From: Octopus vulgaris
Lineage: Eukaryota
Direction: 5' to 3'
Assembly (NCBI GenBank): GCA_951406725.2
Contig: OX597820.1
Coordinates: 16,492,001-16,556,000, forward strand
Length of the DNA stretch: 64,000 nucleotides
Positions 51,815 to 64,000 of this stretch are shown one piece after another. The translations under genes and the position numbers were made by a program. Each line of letters starts with the position of its first letter. Position 1 is the stretch's first letter. The notes beneath the pieces are model-generated. The model had not been told where the DNA came from and searched no databases. It saw only the letters and a list, made by a program, of their open reading frames with translations.

Positions 51815-54800
51815 AGAGGGCCGCATAGTAAAAGTAAAACAAGTTAATTAAAGAAAAAAGTTATTATATTTATAGTGGGCAAACTGTCGAAGTTGCCGGA
51901 AGGATGCTTGAAAACCGCATGAGGCCTTGGGAACCGCGGTTGTGGTAAGTGGCTTGCTTACCAACTAAATGGTTCCGGGTTTAGTGTCTTCTACTATAGC
52001 CTCGGGCCGACCAAAGCCTTGTGAGTGGATTTGGTAGACGGAAACTGAAAGAAGCCCGTCGTATATATGTATATATGTAGGTGTGTGTTTGTGTTTGTCC
52101 CCCCCCCCCCCAACATCGCCTGACAACCGATGCTGGTGTGTTTACGTCCTCGTAACTTAGCGGTTCGGCAAAAAGAGATCGATGGTATAAGTACTAGGCT
52201 TACAAAGAATAAGTCCTGGGGTCGATTTGGTCGACTAAAGCATGGCCACAGTCAAATGACCGAAACAAGTAAAAAGTAGGAAACAAAGTCAGTGGTAGTG
52301 TGTGTGGTGGGGAGACATCCTTGTGTAGGTATGTCGCTATTTTAATGTATTATAACACCAGGATAATTCAGAGAACACGACCATTCGAGATATTCTTTCC
52401 CACATCCTAACCACTGCTAATTCACTGTGTACCAGTTAAAATACTAATAATTTCTAACAAAAGCACAAGGTCACTCATTTGGGTGCGGAGTTGGCCAATT
52501 AAACCGACTCAATACTTGACTGATACTCTATCTTATCAACCCTTGAGGGATGAAAAGTAGGGTAAAGCCGATGTAGTTGATATTTGAACTCAAAATTTTG
52601 TCCGATGTGCTAACGATTCCGGCAACAGATTTTGCCTTAGTACCTTATAAACTAATGGCGTAGCGTGGATAACGGATCGTGTGAATTTTCCGAAATCCTC
52701 TCCTCACCCATTTGGAAAACATTTTCCCCACAAATTTCTTTATAATCGTAATCTATGCCATTTGAATGGTATTTCTATAAAGCTTCATCAATATATATCC
52801 ATTTTCCTGAAAGTTATGAGGGAAAAATCAGATCTTGTGAATTTTCCGAAAGTTCGCTCCCCCGCCGTTCGTTTGCGCAAATTTTCATTTTCATATTCGT
52901 TCTCTTACACATTTTTTACACCTATTGGACTTTTTAAGTTTGTTTTAGTGACCGGGAGTTAAACTATATATTAACCTGTTAGTCTTACTTCAGCGATTAT
53001 CCGATTCTTACCAAATATTTTCCTCACACTTGTGTCATCGTTCTTTCTCTGTATCGAGAACCGACGAACCGACAGAATCGTTCGCATGCCGGACAAAATG
53101 CTTTAACGGCATTTCGTCCGCCTTTACGTTCTGAATTCAAATTCCGCCGAGGTCAACTTTGCCTTACATCCTTTCGGAGTGAATAAAATAACACCAGTTA
53201 AGTACTGAGGTTGATGTAATCGACTGATCCCCTCCATCAAGATTCCAGGCCTTGTGCCTGTAGTAGAAATGGGTTGATGTAATCCACTTACCTCAATCCC
53301 TAAAATTGTTGATCTTATGCCAAATTTTCCCTATGGCTTAAAACCGATATAATCGTTAGCGTGACGAACAGAATAGTGACATTTCTTCCGGTTACATTCT
53401 GAGTCCAAATTCTGCTGAGGTCGACTTAGCTTTTCATCGTTTCGAGATCGATAAAATAAGTACCAGTCAAGTACTGGAGTCAATGTTATCGACTTGTTCC
53501 CTAATCTGGCCTTGAGCCAAAAATTAGAACGAAATTATTTTAGCTCAATTAGAGGCAATTGATTGGTTAAAATTCGAAAAATTAAACTACGTTAAACGAA
53601 CGAATTACAATTTTATCAAGAAAGCCAAGAGAAAAAATGTTTTATTTTGACACATTCTACCAGCATACGAAGTTTTAAAGTGTTTAGTTAACTAGAAATT
53701 GTGTTGACATGTGCCGTTCAAAAGGAAAAGATCCCAAAATTACAACTATATAGCTAATAGATGTGAATTTGTCGCTCTCCCTTTTTACTAAAATAAGATC
53801 AGTATTAACAATTATTTCATGATGGCTAATATATATTAGAGGACATCAGCGAAGTATGATCAAACGACTTAGTTACACAAATGTACCTCCCACTCCGGCG
53901 GATATATTTCAGGGGAAATTTCTATAAAATATCTTTCAAATGGCATAAATTATGATTACATCGGGAATTTGTTGAGAAAACTTTTTCGGGGATGGGTGAG
54001 AGAAGTTTCGTACAATTCACACACCTTGACTCGGTTTCCTCGCGCGTTTTTTTAATGTAAGATTGCAATTATATTGCAAAAAAACCCCCTGAAAAATAAA
54101 AAAAAAAACTTTTGAGGACCATTCCACCCTTTCTTTCTGGAATTTATTAAATGAATATTTTTTTTTAAATGAACTTTTCCAGGCCTATAGCGTACCTAAC
54201 AGCCATACCAACAAATAAAACAGTATACCTTCCCAAAACTAATTGAAGAAAATTTTGACGGTATATTTAATCAGGACCGGTTTTAAGCCAAACAAAACAG
54301 ATTTGTTCAAATTAGATCCAGCGCACAAACTCGAGCGGAGGACGGCTATGATGAATTTTTAGTACATCATTGTGGCCAAGGGTGGGGGCTCAACCCCTCA
54401 ATGCTTTTTGACTGGAGCTGATGTACTACATCAAGCATAAAACATGAATCTTCAGCTTTTGTAGAGTAGAGGGTTCCCACTGACGATTCTCTAACTGGAT
54501 CCCATCACTTCCAAGCGCCGACCCTGACTTAATATAACCAATAATAGATTTTATAATCTAATTTTGTGTTTGTTTATATATATAAAAAAAATATGCATAT
54601 TCAAGATGAAATTAAATGATTGTATAAATATTAACAGTAATAAGAGGAAGGGACATAAATTTGAGAGATACCACAATTAAAAGTTATCGATTGCATGTGA
54701 TCTGTTTAAGATCGTATGTAATCATCTGTAACTGTTGATTATTATGTATTGTAGTTTGCAAATATTCGCGTAAGGTGCATTGCTCACACACAAGATCTGC

Positions 54801-55527
54801 ATAAAGTAGGGGTAATGTTGCTCACACACAATCAGAATGTGGGATCTGAGAAAATATTCTTCAGAATTTTATAGCGACTATAGATGAAGTTGAAAACGTG
54901 AGACAATCTTTACAGACTAATAACAAGTTATAATACAGTTTACTCACCGAACAAAATACAACTTAAATCATTCCAGTAAAATATATTTTCTTTCAAATAA
55001 TAAATAACAGCAATATAAGTAATCCATTAAATGCATGCTTTTGCTGGGTCTGTTTCAAGAAAAAATAAACTTCACGCCTTCAAGTTTAAAGTTAAACAAT
55101 TAGTTTATTAAAGAAATTATAAAGTACACTTAAGGAAGAAATATATTTAAAGGATACAACCACCGGTTGCACCGGGCACTTTCTTAATTGCTTTACGAAA
55201 TGAATTAATTATATTTAGTCACATCATTTAACCCGTTGTAATGAACTTTATTTTATTGTAATTTACTTCACGCTTCATCGATCTCCGTATGAAAAATCTA
55301 AGAGTGATCAAACCCTTGGTTAAACTTGAAATTTCTGTATTTATTATCCCTTGCTCAGCTCATCATTGCTCTCATTACTAGCGATGCTACCAAGTTTTTC
55401 TTTAAAATGTTTCTTTGGAAACCGTGTTCGAACCTCTGTAAGAGGTTTTTAAAATTCAAGTGAGTCAACGAAATTAATATTATTTTGCTTGATTGTTTGT
55501 TTTATTGTTTGGTTCCTGTTATTCGCA

Positions 55528-57708
55528 ATGACAGGTTGTGTGGCTGAATTGTTTTTCTGGACTGTCGGAAGCAATGTTTACATACCTGATAACATCACTG
55601 GTTGCCATGTGTACCACGAAAAAGATGAGAGAGTCTCCAGAGCGGAACATCCATATTGGTATGAAAAACAAATATACACAGAAAGTCGTGATATTACTTG
55701 GAGTCTACGTAACAAGAGACCGGATAAACTTCGGGATACTTTAAAAGAAGTGGAAATTTTATTAAGCCAGTACAAATGTGTGAAGGCCAGTTGGAAAAAT
55801 AAAGTTGTCCTCCAGATTATTTTAAGCAATGGATATCTAATTACGTACCTTGTTAAACAAAATGTTGCCGATATCGAAAAAGTACTCATTGATAAATCAC
55901 TTTGCGGAAAATTGAGCGGAGAATTCATTTCCGATGCTCTCCTAACCAACAGTTTTATTATTCTGTCATATCCCAATCTCGCTAAATTGGATTACATTTA
56001 CTTTCAAAAAAGAAGCAACGCGGGAGATGTCGGTAAGAAAATTGAGAAAGTGTCAGCTTTTGATCCAAAATTCGGTCATTTTCAAATCCCTGGACCGTCA
56101 ACAAGAAGAGTAAACAGACACTTATCTTATTGTTCTGATCGAAATTTGCTCTTGGTTTGGTGTTCTATCAATCCCAAGGATGGTTGTCCGTGGTCACCGC
56201 TGGTCAGTGATTGCGAACAGGCCAACTTGGTGTTGTTATCAATAAATGGACCTCGATTAGAAGTTGTTTCTCACGTCAAAACAGAATATAACCTTCTGAA
56301 TGCTACTTTGAGTCAAAAAACTCAACAAATAATTACGGTAGAGCTGGTCTCAAGTCGGTCAGAGGAAACAACTGTTGAAAGAGGGACATACGAAATCTTA
56401 AAAACAAAGTTACAACAGAGTAGGTCTATATCTATGACTCTGCCCAGTCTCTTCACCTGCCTTAGTGTCCATCCCTCAACAAATAGACTGCTATTTGGTT
56501 GTCAAGATGGAACTTTAGTGATGTTTGATGAAACTTTTATGACAATGCATTCAACCCAAGCCAGTTTAATACCGGTAAATATAAAATGGCACTCAAATGG
56601 TGCTGTTGCGTTTGTTGTGAGTGCCTCTGGGAATCTTCAGTTATTTGATCTTGCTCTTAACCACCTCAACTTCCAGTTGCTTGGTGACCAGTTTTCTTCA
56701 GAGAAAGTATTAAAGACTGATATGTTTTTTAAGAAAACCATTTTCTTTCAAGATATGCAATGGAATGATTGTGACAATGATACGGAACTTTCAAAGAATT
56801 CTCAATTTCTTTTACTTATATTCAATAAAGGCCCACTAGCTGTTTTACAGTTATACTTTGGCCTTATGAGTCAAGAGGGTTTGTCTGTTCTTGAACTGAT
56901 CAAAGAATACATAAAACACCAACAACTTTATGAAGCTACCAACCTGTTGTGTTCTTTACATTGGGAAAATGATGGCCCAAGTTGCTATGCAGGTATTTCA
57001 GCTATTGCTAATTACCTTTTGCGACTGCCACTCAATGCAGAAAGAGAAAGCTACCTTGAAAAGACTCTAGGTATGTTTTATTCTCCGGTGAAAACATCAA
57101 TTGCTAACATATTAGAATATCGAGATCCAATATGTAGACTTGCTCGACGATTTTTCCATTTGCTTCTCAGATATTCTCGGTTTGAAAAGGCTTTCCTGCT
57201 TGCTGTCGATATAGGGAGTGAAGATCTGTTCATGGACTTACATTACACTGCTGTAGACCACAACGAAACATCATTAGCAGAAGTTTCAAAAAAGAAGGCT
57301 GAAGAAATTCAAGAGTTAGGCATAAATTCTTCAGAAGAAGAAGAAAGCTCTGAGTCAGACTACCATTCTGATTACTATCAGAATCCTTTGCAGAGCTATC
57401 ATCCCAGTAACTCTGACTTTGTTGAAAAGGTGATGCACCATCCAAAAATTAAGAAATCACCCAGTCTGCAAGAACGATGTCCAAGTCGTGTCCCAAAATT
57501 AAGATTAAGACATCGTACAGAAAATACAGACAAAGAATCAACTGTTGATTATTTCCATTCCGCAACCTCTTTTCAACCTTCTGAAAACTATCATGATGCG
57601 ATCGGTAAGGAATTGGTTAACGAATTAATTCAAGACTACACAGACGCTTTACTGGACAAACCTACCATTGATGTTGATGGCACTAGTCATGTTTTTACAT
57701 ATTTATAG
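55528..57708 (+). CDS. WDPCP: WD repeat-containing planar cell polarity effector (fritz/WDPCP), single-exon CDS, 726 aa
   Basis: MTGCVAELFFWT resembles vertebrate MSFCLTELHLWS. Further matches: YTESRDITWSLRNKRPDKLRDTLKEVE, IDKSLCGKL, LQLFDLAL, LEYRDPICRLARRFFHLLLRYSRFEKAFLLAVDIGSEDLFMDLHY. The true ATG is at 55528 (the ORF track starts at an upstream TTG). Confidence 0.95.
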   Translation: MTGCVAELFFWTVGSNVYIPDNITGCHVYHEKDERVSRAEHPYWYEKQIYTESRDITWSLRNKRPDKLRDTLKEVEILLSQYKCVKASWKNKVVLQIILSNGYLITYLVKQNVADIEKVLIDKSLCGKLSGEFISDALLTNSFIILSYPNLAKLDYIYFQKRSNAGDVGKKIEKVSAFDPKFGHFQIPGPSTRRVNRHLSYCSDRNLLLVWCSINPKDGCPWSPLVSDCEQANLVLLSINGPRLEVVSHVKTEYNLLNATLSQKTQQIITVELVSSRSEETTVERGTYEILKTKLQQSRSISMTLPSLFTCLSVHPSTNRLLFGCQDGTLVMFDETFMTMHSTQASLIPVNIKWHSNGAVAFVVSASGNLQLFDLALNHLNFQLLGDQFSSEKVLKTDMFFKKTIFFQDMQWNDCDNDTELSKNSQFLLLIFNKGPLAVLQLYFGLMSQEGLSVLELIKEYIKHQQLYEATNLLCSLHWENDGPSCYAGISAIANYLLRLPLNAERESYLEKTLGMFYSPVKTSIANILEYRDPICRLARRFFHLLLRYSRFEKAFLLAVDIGSEDLFMDLHYTAVDHNETSLAEVSKKKAEEIQELGINSSEEEESSESDYHSDYYQNPLQSYHPSNSDFVEKVMHHPKIKKSPSLQERCPSRVPKLRLRHRTENTDKESTVDYFHSATSFQPSENYHDAIGKELVNELIQDYTDALLDKPTIDVDGTSHVFTYL

Positions 57709-59262
57709 TTATTTAACATTGGTCAAAATAATTAAAAACAAAACCCTTAAGCTCCGTAAGGGAACTTCTACACAGTTGCTCAACCTGCTAGAAATAGCAG
57801 CTAAATTCATTCACATCATACCCTACCATCTTAACCCTTTACCTGTCTAAAGCATTTTCATAAGTTTGCCCAAACCGTCCATGCTTGTTTCCAGACTTTT
57901 GGTAAGCATTTCTTTCATATGTCCTGAGTAACATAAAGCTTTCTTTTATAAATTCCATGTTGTTCTGGCGGTTGATGAAAATTGCCAATGCGAATCATAT
58001 ATAATGATTGGATGCCAAGGAAATACACAGGATTAAGCAACAACATACTATCAGAAAACAGTTATTTTCTGGCGAACCCCTGCCCCTTGCATAACAAACA
58101 GGCTCCTGCAAAGAAAACATACATTTTGTTTTTCTTCCATCTATTTCTTTATGTTTGGGAAAAATGAATATTGAGATATAAAATATTTGATTTTGGATTC
58201 TTTAAATTCTTCTTAATCAGTGTTTGTCAACCATTTTCTTTTCCTGTGGAGCCCTTTGGTTCCTGTTTTATTCGTATAGATCCTCCTTGCCATTCGATGT
58301 TTAACAAAATCCTGTTATAGATCCTCCTAGCCATTTTGACCTACAGATTTAAAAAATAATTTTTTGTAACTAAACACTTTCAAACTTCAGACACTGGTAG
58401 AGTGTGTCATATAAAACATCTTTTACTCTTAGCATTTTTGAGAAAAGCTTATATTTAAGGAGTTATTTCACATTAAAGTTCTCATATTTCGGTAATTTCA
58501 ACCAATCAATGACATGTATTCAGCTGAATAGAATTACATCAGCAGTGTATATTTCGTTTGTCAGTGCTATTTATGACAACCCTAACCCTAAAACCTTAAA
58601 ACCAGTACAAACACACGAATGATGTTATAAATAAGTGACAAACGAAAAATACACCGCCGATAGTTGTTGTTGACCAACAACGGCAGTAATTTTATTCAGC
58701 TGAATACACGTCACTGATTGGTTGAAATTACTGAAATACAATAACTTTAACATGAAATAACTTCCAAAATATAAGCTTTTCTCAAAAACGCTAAGAGTAA
58801 AAGATGTTTTATATGACACATTCTACCATTGTCTGAAGTTTGAAAGTGTTTACTTACAAAAAATCATTTTTTAAAATCTGTCGGTCAAAAGGTAAAGATC
58901 CGTTTCACAAAATCCTATTATAAAAGTATAACCAAATTTATTGCTCATGAATATTAACAAGATCTTATATGGGCCTTCAAGGGTCATGTGCACCCTGGCT
59001 GAGGACCACAGCTCTAAATAAATGGCAACATCATTTCTTTCCATTCTAATGATGCAAAGGACAAGGAAATTATTTTAAAAGAGGATAAAATTCATTAGGT
59101 GCAAGCATGGCTGTGTGGTTAAGAAGCATACTTCATGACAGTGTCGTTTCAGGTTCAGTCCCAATGCATAGCACCTTGAGCGAGTAATTTGTACAATAGC
59201 CCTGGGCCAACAAATGCTTTGTGAGTAAATTTGATAGCTGGAAACTGTAGAAGCCTATTGTG

Positions 59263-59753
59263 TACCGTAAATCCTCGAGTATAACCCGTATTTTTTCCCC
59301 TAAATTTAAAGGTCAAAATCCCTAGTGCGTACTATATACGAGGTTAAAAATGAAAATGTCTGAGTCTCTATTTGCTGTCCAGCAATGTTTACTCAGACCC
59401 ATTTTGTGATGTAGGGTGCAAAAATACCTTAAGCTAAGCCTGAAAGCAATGAAGTCATAAAAGAATCATCCATGACTTGCATTTATTAAACGTTATTACT
59501 GTTATTTCTTTATTTTCTGCAAACAAAATGCACAAGAAAGCTGCACGTTTGCATTATGTTATATATACAATAATAATAAAGGACGTTACCGTATACATTT
59601 TTACAAATCAAGGACGTTATATAGACCTCCTTGGCTCAAGTTAGAGAAGGGGTGCGTATCATACACAAGGTTTAGGTTTTTCAGAGGTACAGCCCCCTAA
59701 AAATCTTCTGCGTATTATACTCAAGGGCCGACTATACTCGAGGATTTACGGTA
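59263..59753. mobile_element. TIR DNA transposon/MITE, same family as 50374
   Basis: Perfect TIRs taCCGTAAATCCTCGAGTATA / TATACTCGAGGATTTACGGta. Confidence 0.82.
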
Positions 59754-60214
59754 TGTGTGTGTGTTTATACATATGTATGTGTATATATGTGTTTATCCTA
59801 CTCCCCCACTTGACAACCGGTGTTGTTTTGTTTATGTCCCTGTAACTTAGCAGTTCAGCAACAGAGACTGATAAAATAAGTACCAGACTAAATCTCTGAA
59901 GGCAGTGTCCTGGCTCAGCTGCAGTTTGGTATAAAAGACATTCAAATGCAACTATTCCTGTACACAGGCATAGCTAGGGGGTGCGGTAGGGGTGGTCTGT
60001 CCTGGGTGGCTCTTTTAAAGGGGCAGCACTTTTGGGTCTGCTGTAGGCCATATGTGTTTTTTTGTGGGGGCTGAGACAGCAAATGGAAGGGCCACCCTGA
60101 GCAGCACACATCCTAGTTACGCTAGTGTTCCTGTATCATATTTAATCTTTTTGTTGTTAATTAGGACACTAGTGCCTAAAACGACATAGTTTCCTGGTTG
60201 ATAACATTTTTACA

Positions 60215-60633
60215 CAGTTCTATATTTAAGAGATGAGGAATTATGTACATTATTTACATTCGACGGATATTTGTCCTCATCTTGTTTGTTGTTAACACAA
60301 CGTTTCAGCTGTTAGACCCTCCAGCCTTCTTCAGGTGTCTTGGGGAAATTTCGAACCTGGGTTCTCATTCCTAAGGTATTCTTCAATGTTATTATTGTTC
60401 AGGTCACTGCTTGGAATCGAACTTAGAATCTTGGGGTTAGTAGCCCGCGCTCTTAACAACTACACCATATGCCCGTGGGCATATAATAATAATAATAATA
60501 ACATTGAAGAATACCTTAGGAATGAGAAATTTCCCCAAGCCATCTGATGAAAGCTGGAGGGTATATCAGCCGAAACATTGTGTTAACAACAAACAAGATG
60601 AGGACAAATATCCATCGAATGTAAATAATGTAA
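60215..60633. mobile_element. HHR-SINE copy with full left arm and truncated inverted right arm
   Basis: Same family as 887-1388; tRNA-like head on the minus strand at ~60400-60480; HHR cores at 60294-60339 (-) and ~60541-60585 (+). Confidence 0.78.
60294..60339 (-). ncRNA. Minimal type I hammerhead ribozyme motif
   Basis: The minus strand reads GACAC-CTGAAGA-A-GGCTG-gagggtctaa-CAGCT-GAAA-CG-TT-GTGTT. Stem I is GACAC/GTGTT, stem II is GGCTG/CAGCT, and stem III is a palindromic mini-stem. Confidence 0.65.
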
Positions 60634-62769
60634 ACATTTTTACATGTAAACCGCATTCTCTTTTCCATTTCCATGTTAACATACCATCCAAAGATTTCTT
60701 TGGAAATGTAAATTATATTTTTCTTTCCTTTCTTTTCACCTACATCTAATAAAAATTAAAAAGTTGTGATCTTACTGTTTTATCATCATCATTTAATGTC
60801 CATTGTCCATGCTGGCATGGGTTCAACAGTTTGACCAGGGCTGGTAAGCTGGAAGGCTGCACCAGACTCCAGCCTAATTTCCATGGTTTTCTATGGCTGG
60901 ATACCCTTCCTAACACCAACCAATCTGAAATTGTAATGGGTGCCATTTGTGTGACACTGGTATCTGTCACGACTGTGATTTTGCTCGGCTTGATGGGTCT
61001 TCTTCTCAAGCACGACATAATGCCAAAGGTCTCAGTCATTGCCCCCGTGAGGCCCAAAGCTCGAAAGGAACTCAGCCACTTTGCCAAATATTGTTGCTAG
61101 ATAATATTTTTATCATAACTTTTGTCTGTTTTAGCATTCTGGGAAGAAAGGGGAAAAAGTGCCCAAAACACAAAATGGAGAACAACCAAGTCAAGAACTT
61201 CTATTGAGATCTGAATCTCAGAAGCTCTAAGGAGCAGAGGCCATTGTAGAAGGAGAAAGAACAAAGTGGGGAGACTCTACCATTGCTTACAGTTTTGAGC
61301 TGCACAATATCAAGAATTTAAGTTACAGCTAAAAAGACCAACTTATTTGAAGTTACAAACACTAGTAAATGGATTATGAAACAAATATTTCTATTCATAG
61401 ACTGACAACATCTGTTTCAGCCAACAAATTTGACGTTCAAGAATTTGGACCTGGAGATCTCCATTTCCAGCGACTTCGAGGGCCACCTCCCATTGGTGTC
61501 AGGCGTCAATGAAGAGCCTTCGACTACAACTCTTTTTCTCTTTTACTTGTTTCAGTCATTTGACTGCGGCCATGCTGGAGCACCGCCTTTAGTCGAGCAA
61601 ATCGATCCCGGGACTTATTCTTTGTAAGCCCAGTACTTATTCTATCGGTCTCTTTTGCCGAACCGCTAAGTGACGGGGACGTAAACACACCAGCATCGGT
61701 TGTCAAGCAATGCTAGGGGGACAAACACAGACACACAAACACATACACACACATATATATATACATATATACGACAGGCTTCTTTCAGTTTCTGTCTACC
61801 AAATCCACTCACAAGGCATTGGTCAGCCCGGGGCTATAGCAGAAGACACTTGCCCAAGATGCCACGCAGTGGGACTGAACCCGGAACCATGTGGTTGGTT
61901 AGCAAGCTACTTACCACACAGCCACTCCTGCGCCTACAAGATGACCAAAGTTTTTTTTTTTTCCAAGGTCTAGGGTCTCCCACCCCTAAGCCCTAGACCA
62001 TCACCTAATCACCCTTACCTGTCTTGTTGCTTAACAACAACAACAACAGCCAACAAATTGAAGTTAGTCATATGACTTGTAAAAAATGGGAAAATTAGTA
62101 AGTTCTATATGTTCTTTGTAATATATTTCTTTACTACCCACAAGGGGCTAAACACAGAGGAGACAAACAAGGACAGACAGACGGATTAAGTCGATTATAT
62201 CGACCCCAGTGTGTAACTGGTACTTAATTTATCGACCCCGAAAGGATGAAAGGCAAAGTCGACCCCGGCGGAATTTGAACTCAGAAAGTAACGGCAGAGG
62301 AAATACGGCTACGCATTTCGCCTGACGCACTAACGGTTCTGCCAGCTCACTGCCAATATTCTTTGTAATAAATTACTAATATGCTCATCTAAATGCAACA
62401 ATATTTTCCTATTTATTACAGCAAATAATTTCAGATCAAAGATGTTGCCAACACATATGCACATTAAAGTTCCTATAGGTAAAATATTGGAGTATTTCCA
62501 ATGTAGCATTCAACCTGAGACCATGGCTATGTATATCATCATCATCATAATAGTAGTCCTTTCTACTATAGGCACACGGCCTGAAATTTTGGAGGAGGGG
62601 ACTAGTTGATTATATCGACCCCAGTGTTTCACTGGTACTTAATTTATCGACCCCGAAAGGATGAAAGACAAAGCCAACCTTGGTGGAGTTTGAACTCAGA
62701 ATGTAGTGGCAGACAAAATACCACTAAGCATTTTGCTCAGTGTGGTAATGATTCTGCCAGCTCGCCATC

Positions 62770-62803
<34 letters not shown>

Positions 62804-64000
62804 TAGAAAAATATCAGGATCTAGCCAGCAGGGACTGTGGAAGAATAAGACAATATTCCTGTGGTAATTAGTACACTTGGTACAAACTGCCAGTTACCAA
62901 AGGAATAATTGTTGTCTTAGTTTTTTACAGACTCTTCAGTGGATTTGGTAGAAGGAAACTGAAAGAAGCCCATCATGTATGTATACATACATATATATAT
63001 ATATATATTCTAGCTGATGTACCTGGTAATTCCCAGGAAAGTGGGGCTTATCCCTTAGTTCCGTTTTCATAATTGTTTCGCTAATCCAATAACAACAATA
63101 CAATGTTGTAGCCCTTAAAACAGATTTTGTGCATTTACAGAGAATACCGAACTTATTACACAGGATCTTGTTTTTAGGAATTCCCAATAAGTTATGAATA
63201 CTCAAATTGTAAAGTCAGTTATGTAATAACATGAAATTAGTTACCCGATTGTAAGAATTCAAGTAAAGTAATCCTGAAAAGGGCTTTAATGTGTTCCCAG
63301 AGTATATAGAACATAGGAGGAAATACTAATAAGGTATGTATACTAAAATCGTGAAGCATGTTATGTAATAACAGGATAATCAGATATGAGATAATAACAA
63401 TTCAAAGTAAATAACTCTGAAAAGGGCTTTTTTGTGTTCCCAGAAAATATAACCCTCAGGGGTGCTAGTGTTGGTATATTTGTGAATAAGTCACTAACTG
63501 AAATAAGTGGATCTATTTAGGAAAATGCTATTTACTTGTTTAAGGGTTGAACTGGATAAATTGTGAAAATGACTCTAACAGTTCAAATACTAAGAAATAA
63601 GCATACCCAATTTCATTTTATCAAATAATTTTGGAAAATGAATGGGTTATTTCCCTTGGCTATATATAAGGATCCCTTCCAGGGGCGAATGGGGGGGTTA
63701 TTTCCCTTGGCTTTTAAAATAAAATATATTAGATATATAAAAGGATCCCTTCCAGGGGCCTTATTGATTTTTTTTTTTCAACAATCTGAGTATGCTAATG
63801 AGTTCTAGTCATGAGTCAAGTTTCATCAAAATCGATAGAAGGATGTAGCAGGAGTTAGTTAACAACTCTACAAACACACCCACAGACAGAATTTCCCACA
63901 TATGTAGTAGATATACAGGTGCAGGTGAGACTGTGTGTTAAGTAGCTTGCTTACCAACCATATGGTTCCCGGTTTAGTCTCACTGCTTGGCACCTTGGGC

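Noticed and set aside
54495-54532. Weak 5S rRNA-like stretch on the minus strand (taagtcagggtcggcgcttgg...gatggga)
   Set aside because: Short, gapped similarity only; the flanks do not match 5S.
55489-55527. Hydrophobic signal-peptide-like N-terminus of the WDPCP ORF
   Set aside because: It arises from a TTG start in a T-rich tract; homology begins at ATG 55528.

Overview
AT-rich, repeat-dense animal genomic DNA. The SINE, MITE and microsatellite content resembles a cephalopod (Octopus-like) genome; this is inferred from recalled repeat families. Three protein-coding genes are supported: (1) FKBP4/FKBP5-like immunophilin on the minus strand, with four coding exons visible at 10504-1908 and the TPR exons beyond the left edge; (2) an archaemetzincin (AMZ2-like) metalloprotease on the minus strand, with three exons at 37771-32500; (3) an intronless WDPCP/fritz CDS on the plus strand at 55528-57708. 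The rest is tRNA-derived SINEs, Helitron, piggyBac and Tc1-mariner remnants, LINE fragments and microsatellites. The most striking unannotated signal is a set of at least five unrelated small repeats that each carry a hammerhead-ribozyme (HHR) core, mostly in inverted-repeat arrangements or next to (TA)n, as expected for Penelope-like/retrozyme elements. They include a tRNA-headed HHR SINE and a ~920 bp palindrome whose three HHR strands lie in a non-canonical (scrambled, pseudoknot-like) order. A compact HSE + E-box + X-box cluster beside a splice donor at ~23.1 kb is a candidate FKBP4 promoter. Repeat boundaries are approximate, and all RNA folds were paired by eye.
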